A stretch of 64,000 nucleotides of DNA from Octopus bimaculoides (taxonomy: Eukaryota): the NCBI RefSeq assembly GCF_001194135.2, contig NC_069003.1, positions 3,524,951 through 3,588,950 on the forward strand, written 5' to 3'. Every line of letters starts with the position of its first letter. Positions within the stretch are counted from its first letter, which is position 1. The notes under the pieces are model-generated. The model searched no databases and was not told where the DNA came from. It saw nothing but the letters and a program-made list of their open reading frames with translations. Both the position numbers and the translations under genes were made by a program. Shown here one piece after another: positions 51,905 to 64,000 of the stretch.

Positions 51905-52465
51905 TCGTTTACTTATTTTAGTCATTTGACTGCAGCCATGTTTGAGCAGCGCAGCGCCTTGTGTAAATCGACTCCAGTGCTTATTTTTAAAGCCTGATAT
52001 ATACTTATTCTATCGGTCACATTTGCCCAACCGTTGTGTTTGTTACAAGCAACGAAGCAAAACAACATCGGTTGTCCAGCGATGTTGGAATGGACATGTC
52101 ACGGTTCACCTATCACTGTTTATTGTTTAAACTTACGTCGATTCCACCGTTGTCTTATTTTAAATTTATAATAAAATAAATATATACAAATTATAAAAAT
52201 AATGAAAAAACATACAACACAGTACTGTTTTTACTCCACACATTTTCATCTACCGCGGAGCGTTTTGGAACTTAACACCTGCGATAGTCGAGAAATTACT
52301 GTATACGACAGATCTCCACACATTTTCCGTCTACCGTCTTCATTCGTGGAGCATGCATCGGCCTGAGGCTATAGTCAAAAGCAATTGCCCAGGTAATTGT
52401 GTAGTGGGCCTGAACTCGGAACCACAAGAGCGTAAAGGGCGCTTCTTAACCACAAAACTATGCCT
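51905..52465 (-). mobile_element. Family-B SINE split into a 3' part (51905-52090) and a 5' part (52322-52465)
   Basis: ttttagtcatttgactgcagccatg...; ttccgtctacc...gaactcggaaccac...cttcttaaccac. Confidence 0.7.
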
Positions 52466-52619
52466 AAGGCTATATGTGTCTAAATACATATAGGAATTAG
52501 ACAAAAAATTACTTTGAGAACAACGGAAATTATATAAATTGAAATGGTGGAAATGAAACAATAGAACCGTTCATATGCATAATTCCTGAGGTTTTAGGTA
52601 TTGCTGGTCTCTGTCACAA

Positions 52620-53675
52620 TCTTTGAAGAAAGAAAAGTCAATTATATCGACTAGAATATTTGACAGGCTTTTTACTTTTCATTGACACATGAAGCATAAA
52701 ATACATGATTGGTTTCGGCATGAATTGAACACCGAACATAATGGATCTTAGTTACGTAGCAGAATGGATTTTTCTGACACTCAGGCATTTCATTACCAAA
52801 CGCTCGACGAAGATTAAAACTGACATCAGACTAATATTGTTTGTTAATTTAATCACAAAAACACCAAACTTGGAGAATAGATCGAATCGACAACATCATC
52901 TTCAAATCGTGCTTTGTGTTATTGACCGCAGAGGGATAACACGGTTAAATTGAGGTTCTGGGAATTCGAACTCGGTAATTTAAACAACCGGAACAAGTAC
53001 CCTGGGGTATAGTTTTCGGACGATTTTATTTTACTAGTTGGTCGTCATTGAACTCTTAACCTTGTCTATTGCAGGCACGTCGTCTGAAATTTGTGGGGAG
53101 AGGGATACTCGATTACAACGCCCCTAGTACTCTAGTAGCACTTATTTCCTCGACCCCCGAACGGATAAAAGCAAGGTTATCCCGACGGAATTTGAAATCA
53201 GATCGTAAAGACGGACGAAATACCGCTAAACATTTTGTCCCTTGTGCTACCGAGTTTGTCAGCGTACCACTTTAATGTTCTTAATTTACTAATGTTTACT
53301 AATTCATTAAGGGATGGAAGCTTTTCCATGCGATGGACTCCAGTACTTGACTAATTCTATGACTTTACGACACATAAAGAATGATAGATGAGGTTAACTC
53401 GACGAGATTTGAACGCATGATGTAAAGAACTGAACCGAATACGCGAGGCATTTTTTCTGGTTTTGCTAACGGTCCTGTTAGCTCACCGTCTTACAAATAT
53501 TCGTTTCAGATTTTGGCCCAAAGCTAACAATTTTGGGAAGGGCGTAAGCCGATTACATCGACCCAAATGCTCGACAGGTATTTATTTCATCGACCTCGAA
53601 ATAATAAAATGCGAAGTCGACCTCAGCGGAATTGGAACTCAGAACATAAGTACGGATGAAATGCCGCTAAGCTCG
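52620..53675 (-). mobile_element. Cluster of four to five diverged family-A SINEs
   Basis: Clear copies at 53070-53275, 53330-53490 and 53500-53675 (cgattac...cgaccccc.aa...ggaatttgaa...acggaYgaaatRccgctaa). Older copies lie at 52620-53030. Confidence 0.75.
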
Positions 53676-54647
53676 TCACCGTATCCAATTTAATTATCAG
53701 AACTTTAACTTAATAAATTGGAGGTTAATTGATTTGAAGGGCCTAGAAAGGAGCATTAGGTACCTCTTCATTGTGTTCCGAACTTATAGTTAAGAAACAG
53801 ACAAAAGGGATTCTCCCAAGTGGGAAAATATGAGACAAATAAACGATTATTAGAAATTATTCACCCTGAGTTTAGGAAAACAATAATACTTGGAAGCAAT
53901 TCATATTAAACTGATTAATATATTAAGAGAACATGAAAAAGCAAAAATTCTTTTTCTCTATTTATGAATAAAAGACAAACAATACATTACAAGGTATAAA
54001 CTAATTACATAGAGAAAATGGTTTTGATAAGGACAAAACAATAGAAAGGTATGAAACAACAAATTTACAAACAAACCAAAAAGCAAATACAAAATAACAA
54101 CACATTCCGGTAAAATCAAAGTGAAACCCAAACAATAGGAAATAAAACAATAGAGACATAACCCTGTCCATTGTAATTATCCTGCAAGATTGGACACGGA
54201 AGAACTGAAGCAATATAAAAGGCAGCGATCGTTCTAAAGCACTGATTTAAACGTAGAAACGTTAATGTCTGCTTCTTGCCGAACAAGATCAATCAATGGA
54301 CACCTCCTTCTTTTACAAAACAAAGCTACGTAAATAATATAATAGTTTAAACGTCAGTTGCCGACTACTATGCATCGAATAATATATATATAGTAAAACA
54401 ACCAATCACTTCTCGAGAAATACTTTCTAAACTAGTCGTTCTCCATCTTGATTTTTGTTTTTGTTTTGTGCCGTTTCTATTTTACTATTTTGAGTTCGTG
54501 ACATGAGATCAAATATATATAAAAGAAAAAAATATCACTAATATATTTTTGCATGGAAAGTTCAAAACAATCCTCTGCATATAAACGAGATGTAAAAAAT
54601 AAATATAGAAGAAACAATAAATTGTTTATCTTGCATTATTAATCGTA

Positions 54648-55050
54648 CAGCGGGATGGCAGAATTGTTAAAACATCGGAAAAAAATAATGGCTTCGTACT
54701 TTTTCTTTTTTTCCAGTACCTTACTCTGAGTTCAAATACTGCTGACGTTAGCTCTACATTTTATTCTTATAGCATCGGTAAAATATAATAGCAGTCAAGT
54801 AAGGGCGATGGATCTATTCACCCAATTCCGTCGTCTCAAATCTTCTGGCTTTGTGCATTAACTAGAAACGAATCAGAAATCAAAGCTTTGGAGAAAAGAC
54901 GTATTTCAGTATTTCTTCTGACACTTCAGTCTGAGTTCAAATTCAAACTAGATCAACTTTAATCTTGCATCTCTCTGGGTCGGTAAAATAAAATGTCAGT
55001 GAAGCACTAGATTCGATGTTATTAACACCTTTCCAAGAAAAATGCCGGAA
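54648..55050 (+). mobile_element. Two diverged family-A SINEs
   Basis: tggcagaattgttaaaacatcgg...ctctgagttcaaat...; second unit tctgagttcaaattcaaac...tcggtaaaataaaatgtcag. Confidence 0.65.
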
Positions 55051-55514
55051 TTGAGATTGAACCAGGAAGCTTCAGTCATAATAGAGTATAACAAAATTTT
55101 GCGAGTTAGATACCTCTTGTTGTGTCCAGTTTGATAAATACTGGCCCACAGATGTGGACGACTAACCAGAAATGGAACATAAGGCGCCTTGAAATCAGTA
55201 TCCATTGTCTCAAGAAACAAAGGACCTCATAGATAAATTACACACTTGGCATTTCTCTGTGAAATTGCGATGCTGAAAGAGAGAACCAATTGCGGTGGTG
55301 AAAGGGAGAACCTATTAATATTTCAATACCATGCATAGGACTATCGTTGAAGCTGTCTTGCTGTTAGAAATCATATTCATCTTAAAAGTACATGAATAGA
55401 AAACGTATCCAGTCCAGTCTCGTCTTATAAATCACTAGAAGCATGATTTCCTTCATTTGGATGTCAATTACTGACAATCGAAATGTTTATCTTCTACTAA
55501 AAATTTTACATGTA

Positions 55515-55789
55515 CGTATGTATGTATCTATCTATCTATACGTATGTACGTATGTAAGTATATATATATATATACATATACTTGTGTGTATCTACGTATA
55601 TATAAATATATATGTATATGCATGTGTATATGTGTATATATATATCAATAAATATACACACACACATATATATACACTTATATATATGTATATATAGATA
55701 CACACGCATATACATATATATGCACATATACCTATTCGTATATAGTTGTATGTGCATATATAAACATGTATATATTCATACATAAATGC

Positions 55790-55839
<50 letters not shown>

Positions 55840-56144
55840 NNNNNNNNNNACGATAAATATAATATTATATTTATCTTATGATATTTACTTTACTTTATAT
55901 TATACTCATTTATTGTGCTTTTAATTATTAATTTTTCTATATGTGATATGATAGTGGATTTTCATCGATGAGTTCTTGAAAATTGGTTATTTTCCCTAAA
56001 ACTATATATTTTATATATACTTTATCTATAAGGCTCAATTTAATTTTAATTTTTTATAAATTGATTTTAATTGAGTTTTTTACCTGTAATTTTGGATTTT
56101 GTCCCTAATATTATATATAATTATGTATATACATATATGTAATT

Positions 56145-56193
<49 letters not shown>

Positions 56194-56558
56194 ATATATG
56201 TATATATATATATATAATATTGTAAAAATACAGTTTTGGAAAGCAAGGAATGTGATCATTATCACATCTCGTGTCGATCGAACTTTGATAGAGGTGACTT
56301 GTTTGAAGGCTAGTTAGATCTTTAGCAGATAATCACTATCCAACTTTTGATCTGCGCGTAGAATAGCTTTATAAATGTATTTCCAGCGTTCTTTACTTTT
56401 CACTACAAGGCATTTTATTTAGAAACAAAATCATGCTAGTAATTTGTATCATACTGAAAACATAACGAAAACGCTGACTAATGCGCTGCTCACATACAAG
56501 CCGTCATCCATATTCACACACAGCTACCCCCACCTCACATGTGTGGATAAATAAATAC

Positions 56559-56656
<98 letters not shown>

Positions 56657-56880
56657 GTATATATATATACATATATATATACACACGTATATATATATAC
56701 ATATATATACAAATATACGTATATGTATATATATAAATATATGTATACAAATATACGTATATGCATATATATATATGTATATATATACATATGTGTGTGT
56801 GTATGTATATATAGGTACAAATATATGTATGTATGTATACATATGTATAAATATATGTATGTTTGTATATATACAAGACC
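55515..56880. repeat. (TA)n/(TATG)n/(CA)n low-complexity blocks
   Basis: Direct inspection (55515-55840, 56120-56220, 56555-56880). Confidence 0.9.
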
Positions 56881-58032
56881 TTAGTGTATGTACTCATTGC
56901 AAACTGTCTATAAATACATTTACTCAAAATACACAGTCAGCAGTTGTTTAATGTAAACAATTTTCTAAGGGAAAATCAGTCAGTTTAGTTTCAGGTGCCC
57001 GCCATGTGTGGTGCCTTCTCAAAAACATGGCACCGAACTGTCTCTCTTTTTGTTCCACCCACCCGTTTATTCTTACCTGACATTAACTTTATAAATTTGG
57101 AAAGGAGTTGGATTTTTTCAAATTTTATCTGTTAGAATCGGGGTCGTAGTTTTTTTCTTGTGACTGATTACCATCATTTAATTATACATACATACATATA
57201 ATTTGTATATAAGGTTCGTAAATCGAATAAGATTGTTCATCATATTTTCAGTCTGCGAAGAAATGGCCAAAAATTTGTTTATAATTTTACCATATCCTTT
57301 ACACACACACACACACACACTTATATATATGCGTGTGTGTATGTATGTATGAATGAATGTATGTATGTATATATATATATGTGTGTATGTATGTATATAT
57401 ATATATATATATGTGTGTGTATGTATTTATGTATGTATATGTGTGTATATGTATGTATATATGTATGTATGTATCGGTATGTATGTATCTCTGTACGTAT
57501 GTATGTATGTATTTATGTAGGTTTGACTCACCGAAATTCCTCGTTGTTCCACTTTATGATCTTTGTCTATGCCTTCTTCTTCCTTTCTTTTTTCCCATCA
57601 CCATCATCGTATTTATTTTACTACGTCATAAAAAAAAAAGAAACATCTGTAAAGGCAGATATTTTCTCTACGGCTGTGACAAAAATGGCGGTTATAGAGT
57701 GGCAGTCATACTGGAACACACCGGAGACGGGCGTAGGGAAGGGACGGTTCCTAATATTAAAAATGAAGCGTGTTTATCGTGTCCATGATAATAAATTAAA
57801 TTTACTTGAAATGAGATTACTTGACTTATTATGGAGGAGATAAATGTTTCGTTGTAAGTGCAACACCTACATTAAAAAGCTACACGCACGGACAAACACA
57901 CGCGCCCACGCATACACAGAGACACACACACGTACAAATTAGCACAGACAGTTTCCACATTCAAACACATTCACACATATTACATGCAGACATCTGATAT
58001 ACACATATGTCTACCCTCACGCAAAGACAAAA

Positions 58033-58094
<62 letters not shown>

Positions 58095-58112
58095 ATATAT
58101 TTATTTATATAA

Positions 58113-58157
<45 letters not shown>

Positions 58158-58659
58158 ATGACGATACATACATACAAAATTTTAATACGCTCTTAGAATG
58201 AGTGTACATGTGTGACTTAACAGTAATATACGATCGTGTATGGTTGGTGGTGGATGGGTTGATTTCGCGTGTACACACGGCCATGACTGGCAGACAAAAT
58301 ATATCACCAGTTTATAACAAAATACCTTCAAAAGAAGTGGAAAAATTTGTATAAAGACAAAGATCTTAGAATGTGAAGATTGAAAACAGATAATACAATA
58401 GCAATTCAATGAGTAATAAGAAAGAAAAAAACAAGTGTAAGATTAATGTATAACCAAGATCTTAAACATTGATACATCTACATATAAACAAATAGAATAA
58501 TTAGGTTCTGGAAATATATTTTATCGTATATTGCAGGAATATATATGGAAAACAAATACGTTATTGGAATAGGTCTTCAGTTGAATTAACGGTGTGGGGC
58601 TGAATAGGTTCGAGAAGTGAATAAAATTGTAGAATTTAGTCGACGTTTATGTGGATACA

Positions 58660-58775
58660 GATGTGTGCATAGCTGTGTGATTAAGAAATTCGCTTGAAAA
58701 CCATGTGATATCAGCCTCTGTCCTACTGTGTGGCACCACTGTGGGCAAGTATCGTATACTATATTCCTGGGCTGA
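58660..58775 (+). mobile_element. Diverged family-B SINE head
   Basis: atagctgtgtgattaagaaattcgctt...aaccatgtg...ctgtgtggcacc...tgggcaagt...tactatattcctgggctga. Confidence 0.55.
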
Positions 58776-58867
58776 GTTATTCTATGTGAATGAATCTTCT
58801 TGGAGGAAACCACACAGCGTCTACCGTACGTACACACTCGTTTGTGTGCGTGCGCACGCGTGTGTTT

Positions 58868-58911
<44 letters not shown>

Positions 58912-59004
58912 GCATATAAGGAGCAGCGCCCGACAAAGTGAACAGTCTCTAGAACCAACAAACTGGTTACCTGTTGCTTTATTTTATTATACGTTTTGAC
59001 CGAT

Positions 59005-59835
59005 ATGGTGAGTTAAAAGGTGGCTAGCATAAATGCAGGCGGCCATTGGTCCTCGTAGAAATAAGGCGGCTGGTTCAACGAGATTTCGTCGCTAGATATG
59101 GATGTTATAGTCGTCAGTGATACCATAGAGTTAGGATGCATACTCTGAGTCATGTAAGACGAAGAGCCTTTCCATGGGGCATCTCGACTGTGGCCAAACA
59201 TGGCAAAAAGGCATAATTGTGTCTTTGACGGCGCAAGAGGGTACGCTTTGATATCAAGCTGTTGTATACGACTTGACAAGCTGCAATAGTTGAAGTGTTT
59301 CATCGACGACGAACAGGTGTGGTTGGACACTCTTTTCCGCAGTTTGTTTATATAACTGGGCTGCAGTCACAGATGAATTGTAGTGTCCTCAGACGCTCAA
59401 AAACCTCTGCAGGTCAAGCAATGTTATACAGAATATTAGTGTCGGGTTTGAGAAAGACGTACGCAGGGAAGCCCTGGGTATCAATGGAATTCAACAGGCT
59501 CATTATTTCTGAAAGACACGCGGGACAGAGATCATGGATAACCTCCGGAAAATTCTGGCCTGGCAGTGTATCGGAGGTCATTTGCCAGTTTTATATATGC
59601 ATGGTTGTGTCGTCAGCCGTGCCTGCTCGAGGTGGGCACAGGAGCATAAAACGGTTCTGATCATACCGTAACCAAGCATAACTTACTTGTGATGTCATTT
59701 TGCACAGCACATAGGACGGATTCGGAAATCAGTCGATTCCACTGTGAAGATATTTCTGTCAGTTTTCTTTGGTCAGGAATATCAGGCAGTTTTGCATTTT
59801 CTGTCATGTCTGTCTATTATGAAAGAGGTTGTAGC
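59005..59835 (+). mobile_element. Internally deleted, decayed Tx1/L1-like LINE ORF2: APE endonuclease N-terminus joined to post-RT C-terminal region
   Basis: Frame from 59005 reads MVS*KVASINAGGHWSS*K*GGWFNEISSLDMDVIVVSDT (APE motifs xxNxxG and DxxxxxET). Frame from 59534 reads MDNLRKILAWQCIGGHLPVLYMHGCVVSRACSRWAQEHKTVLIIP*PSITYL*...GRIRKSVDSTVKI...MKEVV (zf-RVT-like LPV..C.RC..ET..H). No RT (YADD) region lies between them. Confidence 0.75.
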
Positions 59836-60394
59836 CGCAACTTATAAAAGAAATACTAATTGAACACTGGTGTCAAGGGGATCAAATAACCCCTGTTCTA
59901 AAATACTTGGTCTTCTAGAATTGGAAACCATTATTGTTACCAATGGCACTACCTTCATCGAAATGACTTTATAACTTCGCAAACTATATCTAGTTATTTA
60001 TGCAAGAACAGCCCCGACAGGAAAATATGAATAAAAAAAATCAAACTTCTAAATAAAACGGAACAAAAATACATCAAAAGCTGTCTCGCTACCCTAATCG
60101 TATCCAGTGTCCTGCAGAAAAGATTATACACCCTAGATTCTACAGAGAGGAAAAGAAAAAAAAGAGAAACCACAACAGGGGCAATAACAACAGTACCAAT
60201 GATAATAGCAACAACAGTAATAATAATACTAATGATGATAACCATAATAACAATGGTATGAGTAATAGTAGTCGTAGTAATTAACATAACAACAATAATA
60301 ATAACAATAATAATGGTAAAAAATATGATAGATTTAATATAGACGGAAATAAAAAGAGTGATAGTAACAACAAAAATAATAATAAAAATAGTAG

Positions 60395-60431
<37 letters not shown>

Positions 60432-60920
60432 AATGGAGTGAATCTACACAGACGAAGAATCCAATAAATTTACTTCTATTGTTGTAGTTATTGTTGTTGT
60501 TGTTGTTATTAGTGTTGGTGTAGCGGCTGTTGTCACTGATGTCGTTTTCGTTGTTGATGTTGTTGTTGTCTTTTTCTTGTCTCTGCCTCTCCAGAAACGA
60601 GAGCAATTTACTTGGCTAATACAGTCAGATGTTTTACGTAAGACAAAAGATTAAAGGGAAATATCACAGGATTCGACTTAATATAGGTGTGTGATTTAAC
60701 CGAGATCAGTGTAAGTGTAACCATGGAAACATAACAATAAGATAAACGATTATCAGCGAACAGAAAGGAAATTGGTGTCTCTCCGTCTGTCTTTAGGTCT
60801 GTCAGTCTTCGTTTGTGTGTAAGTATGTGCGTTGTACGTGAGTTTATAGACCTAAGTAACTTAGTGTATGTATGTATGTATGTTAGTATGTACGTATATA
60901 TGTGTGGATGTATGTGCGTA

Positions 60921-61270
60921 TGTCTGCCATTGTTCAGATTTATTTCAAGATTTCTTGCCAATAAAGAGCCGGTTTCTAACCTAGATCCAAGGCACCTTCG
61001 TTAGAATTTCAATATCAACAACAGGATATTTTTGTATGTATGTATGTATGTATATGTGTGTGTCGGTATGTACGTATGTATGTGTCAATGTACGTGTATG
61101 TATATGTAAGTATGTATGCCTGTTTGTATGTCATTGTTCAGTTTTATTTCGTGATTTCTTGCCAATAGAGAAAGAGCCGGTTTCTAACCTAGATTCAAGG
61201 CTCCTTCGTTAGAATTTCAACATCAACAACAGCGTATTCATGTATGTATGTATGTATGTATGTATGTATG
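60921..61270 (+). repeat. Two tandem copies of an about 110-bp unit, each followed by (TGTA)n
   Basis: cattgttcag.tttatttc..gatttcttgccaata...aagagccggtttctaacctagat.caagg..ccttcgttagaatttcaa.atcaacaacag at about 60928-61024 and 61132-61232. Confidence 0.85.
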
Positions 61271-62409
61271 TATGTCTCACTCTCTTTCGGTGTATCGCGT
61301 ACATGCAACGGTATCTAAATACATCACACATTTATTATTTGCGTATATATTATTCAATCAAACAAGAGAGTAAGAAGTGTATGAATATATATATACATTT
61401 GCATATACACCTTTATCTATATCTATCTATCAATCTGTCTGTCTATCTATCCATCCATCTAACCATATATTNNNNNNNNNNNNNNNNNNNNNNNNNNNNN
61501 NNNNNNNNNNNNNNNNNNNNNNNNNNNNNNNNNNNNNNNNNNNNNNNNNNNNNNNNNNNNNNNNNNNNNNNNNNNNNNNNNNNNNNNNNNNNNNNNNNNN
61601 NNNNNNNNNNNNNNNNNNNNNNNNNNNNNNNNNNNNNNNNNNNNNNNNNNNNNNNNNNNNNNNNNNNNNNNNNNNNNNNNNNNNNNNNNNNNNNNNNNNN
61701 NNNNNNNNNNNNNNNNNNNNNNNNNNNNNNNNNNNNNNNNNNNNNNNNNNNNNNNNNNNNNNNNNNNNNNNNNNNNNNNNNNNNNNNNNNNNNNNNNNNN
61801 NNNNNNNNNNNNNNNNNNNNNNNNNNNNNNNNNNNNNNNNNNNNNNNNNNNNNNNNNNNNNNNNNNNNNNNNNNNNNNNNNNNNNNNNNNNNNNNNNNNN
61901 NNNNNNNNNNNNNNNNNNNNNNNNNNNNNNNNNNNNNNNNNNNNNNNNNNNNNNNNNNNNNNNNNNNNNNNNNNNNNNNNNNNNNNNNNNNNNNNNNNNN
62001 NNNNNNNNNNNNNNNNNNNNNNNNNNNNNNNNNNNNNNNNNNNNNNNNNNNNNNNNNNNNNNNNNNNNNNNNNNNNNNNNNNNNNNNNNNNNNNNNNNNN
62101 NNNNNNNNNNNNNNNNNNNNNNNNNNNNNNNNNNNNNNNNNNNNNNNNNNNNNNNNNNNNNNNNNNNNNNNNNNNNNNNNNNNNNNNNNNNNNNNNNNNN
62201 NNNNNNNNNNNNNNNNNNNNNNNNNNNNNNNNNNNNNNNNNNNNNNNNNNNNNNNNNNNNNNNNNNNNNNNNNNNNNNNNNNNNNNNNNNNNNNNNNNNN
62301 NNNNNNNNNNNNNNNNNNNNNNNNNNNNNNNNNNNNNNNNNNNNNNNNNNNNNNNNNNNNNNNNNNNNNNNNNNNNNNNNNNNNNNNNNNNNNNNNNNNN
62401 NNNNNNNNN

Positions 62410-62684
62410 AGTAAAAGAGTCAAAAGGAAGAGGAAGTACGTTTGGATCAGCTTTTTAATCGCTACAAATATTTCGATACATACAGATCCTCGTATATACA
62501 GGATTTAAAGTTAAATTTAAATTAAATTATGTAACGATTTACCAGTATAAGAAGATCTATATGTATCTCCTCAGGCGATACTCAGTTGCTGTTTCCGTAA
62601 GCAAATCTAGGTTTCCATTCTACGATATTTGTAGCGATTAAAATGTTGCCTAACCGTACTTATCTTCCATTTGACTCTTTCACT
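62410..62684. mobile_element. MITE-like / fold-back element with about 60-bp imperfect terminal inverted repeats
   Basis: 62410-62471 (agtaaaagagtcaaaaggaag...ttttaatcgctacaaatat) versus 62625-62684 (atatttgtagcgattaaaa...cttccatttgactctttcact). The inner 19 bp are perfect. The left end abuts an N gap. Confidence 0.65.
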
Positions 62685-63237
62685 TTCTGCTTTTTATTTT
62701 CACACACGAGGAATAACTAAGACTAGAATTCGTAGCATACCATAAGAATACTACCGGCTATTTGGGAATTGTACGGGTCAACGAGCTCTATTTGTACTCA
62801 TTACGTTCTTAACAGAACACACCTCAACTCTCTCTCTTTCTCTCTCTCTCTGTCTGTCTATATATATATATTTATATATATATGTTAAATCTCTGAACGA
62901 GGTATTAACAATAACTGCACGACAAGGTGAAGTATATTTGCCACTTAAATGCGGCTAACCCCTAAGGGTGGATGTTATTGTTGCTTTTAGCTCCAGGAGA
63001 ACATCTCCTCCAGCTGGGTATTGACACACATCTGTGTCCTGTCTGTTTTGCAAAGGGAAGTCATCTTTCCCATCTTGATCTGTGATACGTACGGACTCGA
63101 GTTTCTTGGTATTTAACTGTCGTCAGCGTACGACAATCACCGACCTTCGATGCGAAAGATAGTAGGGAGTGAAAGAAAGACAAAGCGCTAGGGGAAGAAA
63201 CGGAAGTACTTAAATACATGCACATATATTTGTGTAA

Positions 63238-63277
<40 letters not shown>

Positions 63278-64000
63278 CCAAACACTCAGGCAGTGCAACC
63301 AGCACATACACGCGCAAGTGTATACAAGTACAGGTGGTATTTGATGCTAATGACATTTGGTCGTGTCACAAGCGCAGGGATTGACATACCTAAAGGAAAA
63401 TATCACACCGAATGACGTTAACCAGTGTGTTATCTGAGATGCAGACACACTTACTCCAGCACACACACAGACGATCGGTTATATACATGCATAAACACAT
63501 ACATGCGTATATGTACATATATGCATATGCAGGTATATCTACATTGATATATATGTGTATGTGTGTATACACACACACACACACACATATATACATCTTG
63601 ACAAATATAGCTAATACATAAATACATAACCTATTGCTTCGTTCTCTATGTGTATATATATAAAGGCGCGCGCGCACGCACACACATACATACATACATA
63701 CACGAAGCAACGCAAAGGTACCCAGTTATAAATGTGTAAGTGAGCTAGAGCAAACAGTTGTATGTGTGAGAATTCCGGAGGTGGCAGAGAAGCGAGAGAA
63801 AGAGAGAAAGAGAGAAAGAAAGAGAGAGAGAGTTTAATCAATACCTGTGTGATATTCCAGGTGAGATAGTACAAGAAATGTTCAAAGGCTGAGCCAATTA
63901 ATTGTTCGATGTATAATACATATTATATAATGAATAACACACAGACACACAAACACAGACACACACCCGTAATTTATGTATGTATATATATATATATATA

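Noticed and set aside
56987-57039. Bulged hairpin (ggtgc...catgt / acatg...gcacc) and similar small stems at 28300-28350 and 51693-51730
   Set aside because: Stems are short or interrupted and expected by chance in 64 kb.
57686-57843. ORF starting in AAAATGGCG context (MAVIEWQSYWNTPETG...)
   Set aside because: About 52 codons, no convincing donor site, no homology recognised.
1-64000. Conserved bilaterian miRNAs, snRNAs, rRNA, protocadherin or C2H2-ZNF exons
   Set aside because: Scanned by eye against recalled mature sequences and motifs with no match. An Rfam/MirGeneDB/BLASTx search would be needed to exclude them formally.

Overview
AT-rich, repeat-dominated eukaryotic genomic DNA with 15 N-gaps. 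The SINE and LINE families and the microsatellite load point to an Octopus (cephalopod) draft assembly; this is inferred from recalled repeat consensus, not from a database search. There is no intact multi-codon gene, rRNA, true tRNA or CRISPR array. Almost every ORF in the supplied track is a translation of simple repeats or N-gaps. Main contents: (1) a ~13.2 kb CpG-saturated (ACGT/ACGA)n satellite at 6918-20150, with higher-order motifs, two subdomains and an internal orientation flip at a palindrome near 17027; (2) more than 25 copies of tRNA-derived SINE families, often in head-to-tail clusters; (3) decayed non-LTR retrotransposon pieces: an internally deleted Tx1/L1-like element at 59005-59835, a Tx1-like 3' end at 36931-37370 and an RLE-type C-terminus at 28750-29050; (4) two hammerhead-ribozyme-like cores, one downstream of a Pol III A/B-box head; (5) a MITE-like fold-back element, a pre-miRNA-sized hairpin, and a few splice-site-bounded exon candidates, the best being an 18-nt microexon at 248-265. 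The window is most plausibly a large intron or intergenic DNA.
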